Below are positions 6,835-17,904 of a stretch of 38,957 bases of DNA, one piece after another; within the stretch, counting starts at the first letter, position 1, and every line of letters starts with the position of its first letter. Origin of the DNA: a virus; the IMG/VR virus record IMGVR_UViG_3300045988_085954; one strand, given 5' to 3'. The notes beneath the pieces are model-generated. The model made no database searches. It was not told the origin of the DNA and saw only the letters and a list, made by a program, of their open reading frames with translations. The translations under genes were made by a program, and so were the position numbers.

Positions 6835-9800
6835 TTATCTCTTCTTCTCTGGGTAGCCCGACTGATTCACTAGGTACTGCTGAATAACCGTGAGCGGAAT
6901 GAAGTTCGGAATCGGCAGGAGCTTCAAGGCGTTCTTGAAGTCCTTCTGGGTTGTCTTATCATTCGTTGCATGACTAAAGGCATGGTAGACCTGAAGCAGA
7001 GGTTCGACACCTGCACTTAGGGCAGGAATCTGACTGATAAGGTCACCGCCAATATCACTCATGGTTCTCTCTTTGGTATTCTTATAGGTCTTTGCGTCCC
7101 GCTCTACGGTCGTGCGAATCGTCGGAGCCCCCGTGGCAATCTCGTACCAATCATTCGCGAAGGACAATGGAGAACCAAGGATAGTCGAGCGGAATGCAAT
7201 GGCACGCTCAAGATTTCCTTTGCTGAACATGTAGTCCTTGTATTCCTCTGCTTTCTGGTCGAGACCTGCGGCTTTATAGGCCGCATAGGTAGCACCTGCA
7301 CGAGCCGCATAGACCGCCGTGTTCGTGACAATAGAGGCCATTGTTGCAAAGGCATCATCAAGGTCATGGGCTTTCAAGGCACGCATGGTCTGGGCATTGA
7401 TGGAACGCAAGGTGTAGTCCTTGAACTGGAACAGGAGTTGTGTCAGGCTGTTGCGACTCTTGAGCAGGTTCTTGTTACCCTGTCTGTTGGCAGGTACAAT
7501 GGCACGCTCTGCCTGAAGCTGAATCAGGTTGTACCACTTCAGGAAACTATTCATATCCTCGTTCTGCCATTCCTTGACATCAAAGGACGTAATGTTACCA
7601 TCGGCATCCATCTTCGTATACTGACGAATACGAGCCTGAATGTCCTGCCAGTCCTTATCTGAGACATGAGCCGCCCGAAGTTTCTTTGTGCTGAAGGGGT
7701 TACGGAGCCACGGTGTCTTTCCCTGTGTTGCTACACGAATGGAATCCATCATGGTCGAGATACGCATGCCACGCATCATGCTGTCGGTCATCTTCGGGAG
7801 CATGTTGATAGCTGAAGTCACCTTACCGAGGTTGGCTGTGATGTCACCTGCCTTAATGAGCACCTTGTTTGCAAGGTCATGTTGGTCGGTGAGCGCCTCC
7901 CTGATGACCTTATCACCATAGTTGACCGAGAAAATCTGGGATTCCATCTGTGCGCCGAACATATAATCTTCTGCGTCACGGATGAGTTGTGCACTCTGCC
8001 TGCCATACTTGACATCTTCCATTAATTTACCGATTGGAGAGAAGATTCGGAACAGCTGAGACACACCACCATAGGCCATCGCTCCACCAAGTTCACCGAA
8101 CTGGTTGAAACCCATGTTGGCACCATTCTTTGCATAGGAGAAGTTCCTTAGGATATGTGCGAGTGCTCCAAGTTTCCCAATGGCTGATTCATCCTCAGGA
8201 CGGACGCCACGGAACTCTGCAATAGATTTCTTCATATCCAACAGTTCCCTCTGCACCTGTTTGTCTGAGACACCATGTCCAATGGCAGAAGTCAATTCCT
8301 TCTCAGCCTTTTTGAAGAAATCATTAAGACCCTTCTGGCTCCCAAAGACATTCATAAGACTTGCTTCACCTGCGAAGCGATTGATTGCCTTGCCAACCAT
8401 CGAGTCCATATCATAGGTGCGGAGGTTGTTGTCAAAGGAGAACTCTTTACCATTAGGTAACTTCAAGATACCCGTGGTGTCAATCGGAACACGCGCCTTG
8501 AAGAAAGAGAGGTTGCCAAGGTTGCCGAGATTCTTTGCGTCGGCAGGGTCGAAGACACCATTGAGAATGAAGTCGACTGCCTTTGGGACAGCTTTATCAA
8601 TCCAGTCCTCTACCTCCTGAGGCGTTGCAACCTCTGGAATTAATTCTTTTGGTTTCCACTTACTCTTGTCAGAGACACGAGATTGCATCACTTCATTTGC
8701 GACCTTGATTCTCTCATTTTCCATTTTCTTCTCACGAATGATTTTTTCTTCGATAATATCTTTTTTGACAAAGGTACGATAGTATTGGTCGAAGAACTCA
8801 CGCGCTTGTTCGACTGCTGTCTTTTGGTGTGTGTCGATGAAGTTGCCAATGATGAAGTCCATCTTACGCTGATTATCCATCTGTCTCCAAAGTTCTTCAT
8901 CAACCTCATACCACTCTTTGTCGATCATGTTGCGCGCCGTAGAACCTACATCACTCGCGGAGCGTTTCCCAAGGCTAATCATGAGTTGCCTCAGTTTATG
9001 CATGTGCTCTACGGCTTCTGTTACTTCAGGTGGAATGTCTGGGATAATGTTTGCGATGTTCTTTGCATACTTTGCGTTATAGGCATTGACCACCATCATA
9101 TCAAAGGCTTCATTCGCGGCTTGACCGGGGATATGGCGATTAGAGACACACCACCGCTGTCGCGCATTGGCATAATCAAGGTAGGGTCTCGTCATTAGTT
9201 GTACAAGTCTGTTCTTGTTGGTCTCAGCAGAAATAGTTTTGACATTGCCAAGGCCGCGTCCTTGTGGATCATCCCAAATAAGCGGGGTGTACTTTCGGAG
9301 CGTATTGGAAACCGAGTTGACTCCTTCGCCAACGATTCCCTGCTCTAGGTGCTTCGCCACCCAACGGAGCGGACGGGTCATGACACCTGCTTTTAGGTCA
9401 ACCTGAGTCTCCCGTGTCACCTGCTGTTCCAGATGATAGAAGTTCGCCATTGTCGCGGGGTTCGTGAGGTTGCTCTCCGAATACTGAAGACCTGCGAATG
9501 CCGTGGAACCGTCAGGATTCGTATGGAATACCTCAGGGTTCCGCTTTTCCTGCACCTGTTGCCTCATAATCTCCTTGACCTGTGTCATAGAGAAATGTGT
9601 GTCATATCCTTCCTTGTTGAGCCTTTTGTGGAAGGATCCTTTCACACGAGACCACATAGAATCAGGGAGTGTGTTATCTTCGACCATCTGGGCAAAGATT
9701 TCCTCTGGGTCGTAGCTACCTGCTTTGGCACGGGCTTCAAAGAAAGCTGTTCCTTCTTTCTCCGCCTGTTTTGCCACATAGTTCATGAGACCATCATAGG

Positions 9801-11796
9801 CTTTATCACCAAGGGTTTTCCTGAGGCCTGCGTGGACACCAAATTCATGGCTCAAAAGTTTGTCAACCTCTTTGGGCTGAACCTTATCCGTCAAGAGGAA
9901 CGTATAGTCCTCATTGGGCACATAGACTGCCTTTGCTGTCTCCGGCAACTTAATACCGCTTGCTTCTTCAATCAGTTTTCTGGCGTTCTCGTAGGTTGTC
10001 GCTACGACCCTCTGGTTCACCTCAAGTGCCTCGTATGCCTTACTATTCACTTTCTCACGGAACGTGGGGTCATGGAGCTTCAAGGCTTTCTCGATGGTCT
10101 CAGAGGAGGCTTTGGAGACATCTACATCTGCGGCATGCAAGAGGGCTTTTGTCTCTACATTATCTGCCGTATTTACAATGCGTCTCGCCATGGAAGCAGG
10201 CCGAGTCTTAGCAAATCCTCCAAGGGCACCAAAGACACTACCGCCAAGGAAGGACATTGCGGCATCCATGCCGTAATCTTGCTTTTCACCATTGAATTGT
10301 TCCTTCAGATAATCATCTGCGGTAACGACTGCCGCTGTCTTTGCTCCCATCTCTGCGGAATAGAGGGCAACCTGCTTCGCCTTGTTCAGGTTCATAATGG
10401 CTTTACCCACACGACCTGCCATCTGTAAGGCTTTGATTTCTCCCCCTACAGGCATGAGCATCATGGGGTCAAGCATAGCACCTGTGGCACCTGCGACATA
10501 GGTCAGCGCCTTTTGGAGCCCCATTTCATTCGAGGCACGCCATTGCTCTACTTCTGCTCTGCGCTTCTTGTCCACGAGTTTCTGATTGACGAGCCATTTG
10601 ATTTCCTCAGAGTCACGACCATTCATCAAGACGAACCTCTGGGCATCCTTATCATTCGGCAAGGCATTCTTGACATAATCAATGTCATCTTGTGTCACGG
10701 GTTGCATTTTCCAGAAGGAACTATTGGAGTGCATAAGGCCACCCCAAAGCCACTGTGCGAATGAGGCGGTACCCGTGGATGTGACACTATCAAGGAAGTT
10801 GCTCGTCAGAGCATCCCAAAAGGAAACGCTCTTCGGTGCCTCATGGTCGAAGTCTTCCCACATGGGGTCTCGCTGTTTCTCGTAGACATGATTGGTGATT
10901 CCTTCCCCCATCAGGCCTACCAGATAGGCAAAGCCATTCCCCGTGAAGCCCTTAGGAGCCGTATCACTCTGTTTGTCTCGTGAATCCTGACCAGAAAAAT
11001 CAATATCCCAATGGTTATCCTCAAAGTTGACTGACCAACCATTCTGGTGACAAAAGTCAATAAAGCTCTGTCCGGTCTCGTTGTTCGGGGTCATATTATG
11101 GACATCAATATCGGCTTTCCAACCATTCTCATGCGAGTAGGTTCCAGAAGCATGATAGCCTGACTCCGTTCCTCCTGTAATCACAAGAGGCACACCATAG
11201 GTGTTATACATGTAGTCAGCAATCTTATTCAGTCCATGGATTGCCTGAGGCTGAAACCCTGTGAGCCTCGTCCGCTCCGGGTCTTCAGGATGATTGGAGG
11301 TGATATGAGACATATCAAGGTCTGTATAGGAATACCCATCATCCTCAGACTGTTGTGTCTCTGGCTGACTATCTCCACTAAACAAAGAGAGGTAGCGGTT
11401 CGCCTCGTCGATACGATTGGTGTCCATTGCTTCACCTTCTGATGGTCTCTCGCAGAACTTGCGGAAAGCATAGGTGTATCCTTCAACGGATTGGTCGGGG
11501 TAGTTCAAGAATTTCTCGAACTGAGCACTTTCATACGGGTCATTCTCTACCTCGTCCCAAAAGAACGCTAACTGTGCGTCGAGGTCACCGCCATCACCTG
11601 TGGCATTAAACAGGGCTTCTTTGCGTGCCCCGAGCCACTGAAAGATACCATAGGCACCCGTAGAAGGTGCCTCACTATCTATCTCGAATCCAGATTCTTG
11701 TGAGCCATTGCCTAAGATACCTGCCGCTTGCGCAGGGGAGAGTCCGTGACCAATCAATGAATCCCATACGGCACGGGCATTTGCGTCGTTACTCAC
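6835..11796 (-). CDS. Internal virion protein gp16-like (ejectosome core) with N-terminal peptidoglycan-hydrolase-like domain
   Basis: 1653 aa, in gp16 position and of gp16 size. The N-terminus LSPAQAAGILGNGSQESGFEIDS...GAYGIFQW is a lysozyme-like motif and the C-terminal tail resembles T7 gp16. Confidence 0.75.
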   Translation of the reverse strand: MSNDANARAVWDSLIGHGLSPAQAAGILGNGSQESGFEIDSEAPSTGAYGIFQWLGARKEALFNATGDGGDLDAQLAFFWDEVENDPYESAQFEKFLNYPDQSVEGYTYAFRKFCERPSEGEAMDTNRIDEANRYLSLFSGDSQPETQQSEDDGYSYTDLDMSHITSNHPEDPERTRLTGFQPQAIHGLNKIADYMYNTYGVPLVITGGTESGYHASGTYSHENGWKADIDVHNMTPNNETGQSFIDFCHQNGWSVNFEDNHWDIDFSGQDSRDKQSDTAPKGFTGNGFAYLVGLMGEGITNHVYEKQRDPMWEDFDHEAPKSVSFWDALTSNFLDSVTSTGTASFAQWLWGGLMHSNSSFWKMQPVTQDDIDYVKNALPNDKDAQRFVLMNGRDSEEIKWLVNQKLVDKKRRAEVEQWRASNEMGLQKALTYVAGATGAMLDPMMLMPVGGEIKALQMAGRVGKAIMNLNKAKQVALYSAEMGAKTAAVVTADDYLKEQFNGEKQDYGMDAAMSFLGGSVFGALGGFAKTRPASMARRIVNTADNVETKALLHAADVDVSKASSETIEKALKLHDPTFREKVNSKAYEALEVNQRVVATTYENARKLIEEASGIKLPETAKAVYVPNEDYTFLLTDKVQPKEVDKLLSHEFGVHAGLRKTLGDKAYDGLMNYVAKQAEKEGTAFFEARAKAGSYDPEEIFAQMVEDNTLPDSMWSRVKGSFHKRLNKEGYDTHFSMTQVKEIMRQQVQEKRNPEVFHTNPDGSTAFAGLQYSESNLTNPATMANFYHLEQQVTRETQVDLKAGVMTRPLRWVAKHLEQGIVGEGVNSVSNTLRKYTPLIWDDPQGRGLGNVKTISAETNKNRLVQLMTRPYLDYANARQRWCVSNRHIPGQAANEAFDMMVVNAYNAKYAKNIANIIPDIPPEVTEAVEHMHKLRQLMISLGKRSASDVGSTARNMIDKEWYEVDEELWRQMDNQRKMDFIIGNFIDTHQKTAVEQAREFFDQYYRTFVKKDIIEEKIIREKKMENERIKVANEVMQSRVSDKSKWKPKELIPEVATPQEVEDWIDKAVPKAVDFILNGVFDPADAKNLGNLGNLSFFKARVPIDTTGILKLPNGKEFSFDNNLRTYDMDSMVGKAINRFAGEASLMNVFGSQKGLNDFFKKAEKELTSAIGHGVSDKQVQRELLDMKKSIAEFRGVRPEDESAIGKLGALAHILRNFSYAKNGANMGFNQFGELGGAMAYGGVSQLFRIFSPIGKLMEDVKYGRQSAQLIRDAEDYMFGAQMESQIFSVNYGDKVIREALTDQHDLANKVLIKAGDITANLGKVTSAINMLPKMTDSMMRGMRISTMMDSIRVATQGKTPWLRNPFSTKKLRAAHVSDKDWQDIQARIRQYTKMDADGNITSFDVKEWQNEDMNSFLKWYNLIQLQAERAIVPANRQGNKNLLKSRNSLTQLLFQFKDYTLRSINAQTMRALKAHDLDDAFATMASIVTNTAVYAARAGATYAAYKAAGLDQKAEEYKDYMFSKGNLERAIAFRSTILGSPLSFANDWYEIATGAPTIRTTVERDAKTYKNTKERTMSDIGGDLISQIPALSAGVEPLLQVYHAFSHATNDKTTQKDFKNALKLLPIPNFIPLTVIQQYLVNQSGYPEKKR

Positions 11797-11820
11797 CTAA
11801 TACCTCCTATTCTTTACTCA

Positions 11821-14139
11821 TCACGTTATCGCTCTCAAATTGATTGGGGAATCACTTTCTAATTCATAAGGTGATACATCACTAGCCGCAGAACGTGCTT
11901 CATTGATACTATCCATATCAGCATCATAGTTGCTGTCATCACTTCCACTATCAGAAGAAGCAGGGTGTTCTGCCAGATAATTCACAGCATCATCATAGTC
12001 CTGCTTCGCAATCTGCCTTGCCTCAGACAGAGACATCTCAGCATGACCTCCGTCATTGCTCCAATCCACAGCATAGAACATTTGCGTGTAACGATTGTAG
12101 CTGATATGTACGGAGTCTGCGGGGTTGTCATCACCTGCGGCACGATAGCAGAGTTGGTCGAGTGCGTGCGTGAAATATCCTTCATCATCTGGTGTTCCAA
12201 TGTTGCTATAGACAGCTTTCGGGAATGCTCCCCAATGATACGTTTGGAAGTTGTCAACGACATCAGCCCCTGCTTTGTTCACAGCATCTGAAGGTGTGTA
12301 GCCACATGTCGTATAGGCTGTGGCAAGGTCGATAATCTCATCCCTGAGGTCAGAGTTCATATTGCTGTCAAAGCGTACTGTATCGTAGGTGCCATCGCTA
12401 TAGACACTATCAAGGTGTCTCACGCCTTCTATGGTGTAGCCATTCATCTGTGCTTCTACCAATTCTTTATTCTCTGACACAACATCTGGGTCAGCATTAT
12501 TGTAATTGGCAAACATACGGAGGCCTGTATCGAAGTCACCTGAGACATCTATCAGAGACTTTAGGAAACGTGCTTGTTTCGCTACGTCTGCACCAAAACT
12601 GTGCTCTACATTGTTTGGGTTGGTCGTAATCATCTTTACAAGACCCATCATAGCTTCATCGCCACCAATATTGACACCACCATCATCGGATGGTTTGATA
12701 GATGCAAGTTTTGACGCAAGGTCAGCACCAAAGGAACCCTTGATGTCTGCAAGTTGCTTCATGTCCATCAAGCGGAAAAAGGCATCGGAATTTTCATTTT
12801 CTGCATAGTACATCAACTCATTCCACGCCACAGGGTACATGGCATCTTTATTGAGCGTGTAGGAATTGATAGCAACCCCATCATACACAGTGTTTCCAGA
12901 AGCCCATGCACCTATGATACCTTTGATTTTCTCAGCATCCTTCAGTCCACCATTACTACCACCTGTGGAAGAACCACCTCCACCACCTCTGCCCCCACGG
13001 AGACCTAACGCTTGACGCATTGCCATTTTCTTCTCCGCTGTGTCATGGTCAATCTTTGAACGCAGTTCAGGGAGAAGGGAATTATATTCTAAGGCCTTCT
13101 CTGGGTCTGTCGTGCGAAGATTTGTGACTTCAGCAATGGCTTTCTTGTAGCCAGACTCTCCCATCTTGCGGAACTTTTCGACCCAATCATATTTTTCTTG
13201 TGTGATGAACTGCCTATTGTACTGGGAGGCCATTGTCTTGACAGACTGCATGTCTAAGAGGTCAGAGGCTTTGATGGTCGAGCCATCCATGCTTGTCTGA
13301 ATCGTTACTCTATCGAGCATCTGAGAGAGCCTTTTAGCAGGAATATGCCCTGTCTTGATAATCTCCTGCGTGAAGTCTTCTAGGAGCTTCTGGCGATACT
13401 GAGGAGGAAGCCCCATCAATCGACCTTCATTGAAGATTGCCTGTACACGGTCTGTCATGGCTCCATTTGCCCGCAAGAGGTCTACTGAATTGTTGATGAC
13501 ATCACCAAGCTCACTCTGCATGTTTGCCATCGTGACAACAACATCTTCCTCATTCTTCTTCTTGTTCCATGCGGTTGCAAGGTTCCCCATGTTGACCATA
13601 GAGTTCTCATAGAACCCACGGTCAAAAGCAAGTTGATTCTGAGGAGCAGAGCTTTTGAGGTGTGCGTCACGCCATTCATTCATGAAGTTGGCATAACGCT
13701 TCATTTCCTCTTCGGCACTTTTCGCAGGTTCCATTGCGTACTTTGCATCATAGTCCTGCTTCATGCGTGCCCCGAGGAAGTTGCCTCTGAGCTTTTCGGC
13801 ATAGGCCGTGAAATAGGGGTTAGCGGCAGAGTCCGCATAACCTTCAAGCTGTGCCGCATCAATGGCATTCAGTTTCTCAATGGCACCTGCGGACATGCCG
13901 TTAATCATATCGGTTGCTTCAATCTCGCCTTTGGCATTCAGGTATTTCTCGTGGTTCACTGTGTAACCCTGAAGGGCATCACTGAGCTTTGCCAGGTTAT
14001 CAGCAACATCCACAACCTTAGGTTGCACGGAGGAACCCTGAGACACCCCAAGCCCCTGATAACGTCCCTGATAGACACCATCAGGCTGTGGGATAAACTG
14101 CCTTGCTGTTCCTATGGCATTTGATATTTCTGTTGGCAT
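11821..14139 (-). CDS. Internal virion protein gp15-like
   Basis: 772 aa between the gp14-like and gp16-like genes, with a Gly-rich linker GGRGGGGGSSTGGSNGG. An AAAGGAG site sits 5-6 nt upstream of the ATG. Confidence 0.65.
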   Translation of the reverse strand: MPTEISNAIGTARQFIPQPDGVYQGRYQGLGVSQGSSVQPKVVDVADNLAKLSDALQGYTVNHEKYLNAKGEIEATDMINGMSAGAIEKLNAIDAAQLEGYADSAANPYFTAYAEKLRGNFLGARMKQDYDAKYAMEPAKSAEEEMKRYANFMNEWRDAHLKSSAPQNQLAFDRGFYENSMVNMGNLATAWNKKKNEEDVVVTMANMQSELGDVINNSVDLLRANGAMTDRVQAIFNEGRLMGLPPQYRQKLLEDFTQEIIKTGHIPAKRLSQMLDRVTIQTSMDGSTIKASDLLDMQSVKTMASQYNRQFITQEKYDWVEKFRKMGESGYKKAIAEVTNLRTTDPEKALEYNSLLPELRSKIDHDTAEKKMAMRQALGLRGGRGGGGGSSTGGSNGGLKDAEKIKGIIGAWASGNTVYDGVAINSYTLNKDAMYPVAWNELMYYAENENSDAFFRLMDMKQLADIKGSFGADLASKLASIKPSDDGGVNIGGDEAMMGLVKMITTNPNNVEHSFGADVAKQARFLKSLIDVSGDFDTGLRMFANYNNADPDVVSENKELVEAQMNGYTIEGVRHLDSVYSDGTYDTVRFDSNMNSDLRDEIIDLATAYTTCGYTPSDAVNKAGADVVDNFQTYHWGAFPKAVYSNIGTPDDEGYFTHALDQLCYRAAGDDNPADSVHISYNRYTQMFYAVDWSNDGGHAEMSLSEARQIAKQDYDDAVNYLAEHPASSDSGSDDSNYDADMDSINEARSAASDVSPYELESDSPINLRAIT

Positions 14140-14150
14140 ACTGTCTCCTT

Positions 14151-14170
14151 TCTATCTTGTGTCTTGCTTA
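14151..14170 (-). promoter_or_regulatory. Variant phage-RNAP promoter upstream of the gp15-like gene
   Basis: Plus strand tctatcttgtgtcttgctta; sense strand TAAGCAAGACACAAGATAGA runs directly into the ribosome-binding site, as at the DNAP-module promoter. Confidence 0.45.
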
Positions 14171-14911
14171 GAAGAAGTTGATTGTCTGATTCTTTTCCGT
14201 ATATGGATTGATATACTCAAACTTAAAGGACGTATTCTTCCAATCAATATTGGTATGGAAGAGACTGCTGTAATCTGGAGCATCATCATATATGGTCTTG
14301 AATGATGAGGATGATGTATCCCAATAGAGCTTATTGGAAACTCCAGAGGAACTATGGGAACTGCCCGTGCTCATGGCGGAGTCCTTGACACCTCCCTGAG
14401 CACGGATACCCTGTATAGCATCTTCCGTCTGCTCTGCCCTATAGTATGCCGTGCCTAGCTTCAGCAGGGTAGACCACAATGAGGGTTTCTCTACTTGTGC
14501 TATGCTGTTGAGTCTCCCCTTTGCCTCCATCGCCTGTGACTCCTTATTGAGGTCAATCTCATTGGACTTGCGCCGATAGTTATCTCTGGTACTAGACAAG
14601 GCTCGATTGGTATCAGCCTGTGCGGAACGTTTCAGGAGGTTGGCTGTCCTCCCACCACCTGCAAGACCTTCGTTGACTGCCGCCCCCACCTGTGAGGTCA
14701 AACGGCCTCCCTGAAGACGAATCTTCTGGAGGTCAGCCACAGTTGCATCAAAGGCATCGGCGCGCTCCTGCTCTAGGTTCTGGAAACCATAGTTCATGGA
14801 GGTTATGATATTTTTTGCCGTCTGGACATTGGCTCTTGCCTGTGCCTCTAGCGACTTATTCTGTGCATAGACATCAACGAGAGCGGAGCCTACGGCAACC
14901 ACAGCACCCAT
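14168..14911 (-). CDS. Internal virion protein (gp14-like)
   Basis: 247 aa, Ala/Gln/Ser-rich, sitting between tail tubular B and gp15 as T7 gp14 does. Confidence 0.45.
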   Translation of the reverse strand: MGAVVAVGSALVDVYAQNKSLEAQARANVQTAKNIITSMNYGFQNLEQERADAFDATVADLQKIRLQGGRLTSQVGAAVNEGLAGGGRTANLLKRSAQADTNRALSSTRDNYRRKSNEIDLNKESQAMEAKGRLNSIAQVEKPSLWSTLLKLGTAYYRAEQTEDAIQGIRAQGGVKDSAMSTGSSHSSSGVSNKLYWDTSSSSFKTIYDDAPDYSSLFHTNIDWKNTSFKFEYINPYTEKNQTINFF

Positions 14912-14915
14912 GCAA

Positions 14916-17255
14916 TCACACTCCTTTCGACCTTGCTACAAAGCTACCTTCCCACATGAAGCCAACCAAGGATAATGGCAGGGGAAGTGCGGAATCTATA
15001 TCAATATTCACGTTCGTGTTGAGAGCCTGAATTGGAAACTTGAAGATACCTGTGTCATCTGGGGTTCTCCCTAAGGTAGCTGTGTCAAGACCAATGTTAC
15101 GGGCAGTCATTACATACTTACATTCACGACCCCCATGATAGTGAACCTTTACCGTAAAGCCACCTGTATTGACATAGTTCAGATGTACATAGCGTATCTG
15201 AAGTCTGCCTGTGAGAACAGTGCTTGTACTCGTCTGTGTCGCTGTGTGCAGATAAAGTGGACTCAGACGAATATGGAAACGATATGGGATCCCAATGATG
15301 ACATCTTCGTGATGGTGTTCACCCACGAGAGTTAAGAGACCATCTTTAATCTCACTCTCGATATATTTCCCTTCGTGTGTAACGACACCAACCACCTTAT
15401 ACGCCTCTGTATCCTTTGCACCATATTCATTCATAAGGTTGAACGTGGTCGTATTAGTGTTACTGTCGTATTTTGCCGTGGAAGCAACTTTTTTACTATC
15501 CAGATAGACACGATAGGGTTCACGTCCTGCGATGTCTTCTGTCATGTAGGTTGTAAAGTTCATCTTCTCTAAGCAATGATTACCACCACGGTTAATGAGG
15601 ATGTACAAGGTACTACCTGCGAAAAAGGCACCAAAAACGCGACCACCCATCTCCCAACGACTCCAAGAGGACTGAACACGATTCTCATTCAGGAAGAGAT
15701 ACTTATAGACATAAATGCCTGTTTTGTCTCCCGTCGTAAGAACGAGCATGATGTTCTCAGAGGTATTCGCGGTCATCTCATAGACACCATTGGGAATGTA
15801 GTCAGGAATATGGGAAGTGATGTCCTGTGCATTCTTCTCGTCAGAGACCTGTTGTACCGAGTAGTATTCCTTGATGGAAGAGTATTCGGAGCGTTCTGCC
15901 GAGAAGTAAAGGTTGCGTCCCGCTCTGGTTGGTCTACAAGCAGGGTTCGACTCAAAGGTCGTGACTTCCACAAGGGCGGTATTCTTTGGAGATAAGACAC
16001 CATCTGCCCTGAGGACGAACTGGCTCTTATCAGAGAAGCAATAAAGCTCCCCGTTATATGGCACGGCATAGTTCAGAATGTTGACACGCTCTGTTGTTGT
16101 CGCAACATCAATGGGGTCTGTGTCAACCACATCGTTCGCCGTGGTCATCCAGAAGTTGAAGTAAGAAGCACTTTCGGAGCAGATGACATTTTCACCTGCC
16201 AAGAAGACAAGACGGTTGCGATGAAAGGCAATGTCGTTGATTGCCTGGTTGATGAAGGACGGGAGCGGATTGCTGTCATCATCGCCGACATTGCGTTTAT
16301 CCCATGTACACCTCTGGAACACAAAGGTGTCATTTGCCTGTCTCACAAGCTCATGGGGCATCGTGCGTGCCTCAAAGCTGATTGCGATGTCAGGCTTGAC
16401 ACATTCCTTCCAGACGTTGCCTTCACCATCATAGGTGATGTAGTAGTTTCCCGAGTTGTCTCCTTTAGGGTCTCCCGCAATCTCTAAGGTATACCCGTCA
16501 GGTGCTGAAGCAGGTAAGAGGTTGAATCTTTGCGCTTTGGTCGTGAAACCCATCATCGAGTTATTGTTGAAGCCATCAGCCGTCTTCACGCTTTTGACAC
16601 CACGGATGCGAAGCCACGAACTTCCTGTGTCTACGGTGTAACCTTTGGCACGCACCTGCTCTGCCAACTTCCCTACAATGAACCCTACGTCAATCTGTTT
16701 CGTATGGCTCTTATCGGAGCCATCGGGTGTCTCATGGGAGGCAACCTGTACCCCGTCTACCCAAATGGCGTAGGTGCGACCATACTGTCCCTGCTTGACA
16801 TTGATGAGTGCACCCTGCGTTGCATAGTCGTTCGGCGAGTGCTCATTGCTCATGCGTGTCACAATCTCACGATTTGCAATGAAGGTATGGTCTGCAATGG
16901 TAACAACCCTCAGAGACTTCTGGGGTGTTTTTGTCTCGATGTAAGCAGGGTCTTCCTTGTAGATGACAGGATACCTCTTGCCGTTGATGTCATAGACGTA
17001 GACAAGATTCTTGTAGAAATAGACAAAATATTTCAGGTTCTCGTCACGGTCTACGAAGTGAAGCAGAGGTGCCTCATCATTCTCAAGGGAAGACGAGAGT
17101 GCCTTGATGAATACCGTAGGTGGCCTTTTGGTTAAGCCATTGGCCTCTGTAGAGAGACCATTCTCCTGCTCTTCCAGTTGTTCGGGAAGACGGAGGATAG
17201 GTGCCTGTTGTGAGATACCAGACACAATGTTCTTGATATTCTGCGATATGAGCAT
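14916..17255 (-). CDS. Tail tubular protein B (gp12-like)
   Basis: The N-terminus MLISQNIKNIVSGISQQAPILRLPEQ...KRPPTVFIKAL matches the T7 gp12 start MALISQSIKNLKGGISQQPDILRYPDQ...KRPPLVFL. Confidence 0.85.
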   Translation of the reverse strand: MLISQNIKNIVSGISQQAPILRLPEQLEEQENGLSTEANGLTKRPPTVFIKALSSSLENDEAPLLHFVDRDENLKYFVYFYKNLVYVYDINGKRYPVIYKEDPAYIETKTPQKSLRVVTIADHTFIANREIVTRMSNEHSPNDYATQGALINVKQGQYGRTYAIWVDGVQVASHETPDGSDKSHTKQIDVGFIVGKLAEQVRAKGYTVDTGSSWLRIRGVKSVKTADGFNNNSMMGFTTKAQRFNLLPASAPDGYTLEIAGDPKGDNSGNYYITYDGEGNVWKECVKPDIAISFEARTMPHELVRQANDTFVFQRCTWDKRNVGDDDSNPLPSFINQAINDIAFHRNRLVFLAGENVICSESASYFNFWMTTANDVVDTDPIDVATTTERVNILNYAVPYNGELYCFSDKSQFVLRADGVLSPKNTALVEVTTFESNPACRPTRAGRNLYFSAERSEYSSIKEYYSVQQVSDEKNAQDITSHIPDYIPNGVYEMTANTSENIMLVLTTGDKTGIYVYKYLFLNENRVQSSWSRWEMGGRVFGAFFAGSTLYILINRGGNHCLEKMNFTTYMTEDIAGREPYRVYLDSKKVASTAKYDSNTNTTTFNLMNEYGAKDTEAYKVVGVVTHEGKYIESEIKDGLLTLVGEHHHEDVIIGIPYRFHIRLSPLYLHTATQTSTSTVLTGRLQIRYVHLNYVNTGGFTVKVHYHGGRECKYVMTARNIGLDTATLGRTPDDTGIFKFPIQALNTNVNIDIDSALPLPLSLVGFMWEGSFVARSKGV

Positions 17256-17257
17256 GA

Positions 17258-17824
17258 TTATGTCCTCTGCAATACTTCAGACACACCTGCGAGATTCAAG
17301 ATGTTTGCATCCTGCATATCCATGTCGTACTGCACGATGTCCTGATGGGCAATCTGAAGCGCATACTGCAAGTCCTGAGATACCGAAGCGTCACTAAAGT
17401 ATCTGGCCTGAAAGTCGATAGCCGCCTTTGCTGTGACATACTCTTTGAAGCAATCGGGAAGGTCATCGAATTCGACACCATAGATTACCTCTACTTCTAC
17501 AGGCTCTTTGAAACTGTAGGTGTCCTCTGTCATGTTGAAGAGATAGTTGCCACGCTTGACATACACGTTGTTGTCTTTTGACTTCAATGTGATGATAGTG
17601 TCATCCCATGCAATGCGATGAGTATTGACATCTGGTGTGTAGGTTCTTGTGGTCTTGTTGAAATCCCACCCCTGACGCTGAACATGTCTACTGACTTCCT
17701 TCAGGAGCCTACGGGCATTGATGACATCAATGTCTGTGCTGTCTTCCAGAATGGTTACAGGGTCACTGCCAATCGCTGAAAGCATCTGATTGATAGCGTC
17801 TAGTTCTGTCTGTGTTGTAAGCAT
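17258..17824 (-). CDS. Tail tubular protein A (gp11-like)
   Basis: 188 aa. SAIGSDPVTILEDSTDIDVINARRLLKEVSRHVQRQGWDFN aligns with T7 gp11 [41 protein letters not shown]. Confidence 0.85.
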   Translation of the reverse strand: MLTTQTELDAINQMLSAIGSDPVTILEDSTDIDVINARRLLKEVSRHVQRQGWDFNKTTRTYTPDVNTHRIAWDDTIITLKSKDNNVYVKRGNYLFNMTEDTYSFKEPVEVEVIYGVEFDDLPDCFKEYVTAKAAIDFQARYFSDASVSQDLQYALQIAHQDIVQYDMDMQDANILNLAGVSEVLQRT

Positions 17825-17836
17825 TGTTCTCCTTTC

Positions 17837-17872
17837 TAATAAAAAGGGAGAGAAGACACAAAGTCCTCTCCC
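17837..17872 (-). terminator. Hairpin terminator after the capsid gene (Tphi analogue)
   Basis: Stem gggagag (17845-17851) pairs with ctctccc (17865-17871) around a 13-nt loop. On the minus strand it is followed by TTTTTATT, exactly between the capsid gene and the gp11 gene. Confidence 0.55.
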
Positions 17873-17904
17873 CCTTCCTATTCAAGTTGGTTGTCTCAGT
17901 TTAA

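Noticed and set aside
17852-17864. Loop of the post-capsid terminator contains agacacaaag, resembling the promoter core agacacaag
   Set aside because: It is a single 9/10 match inside a hairpin loop with no flanking conservation. Most likely a coincidence.
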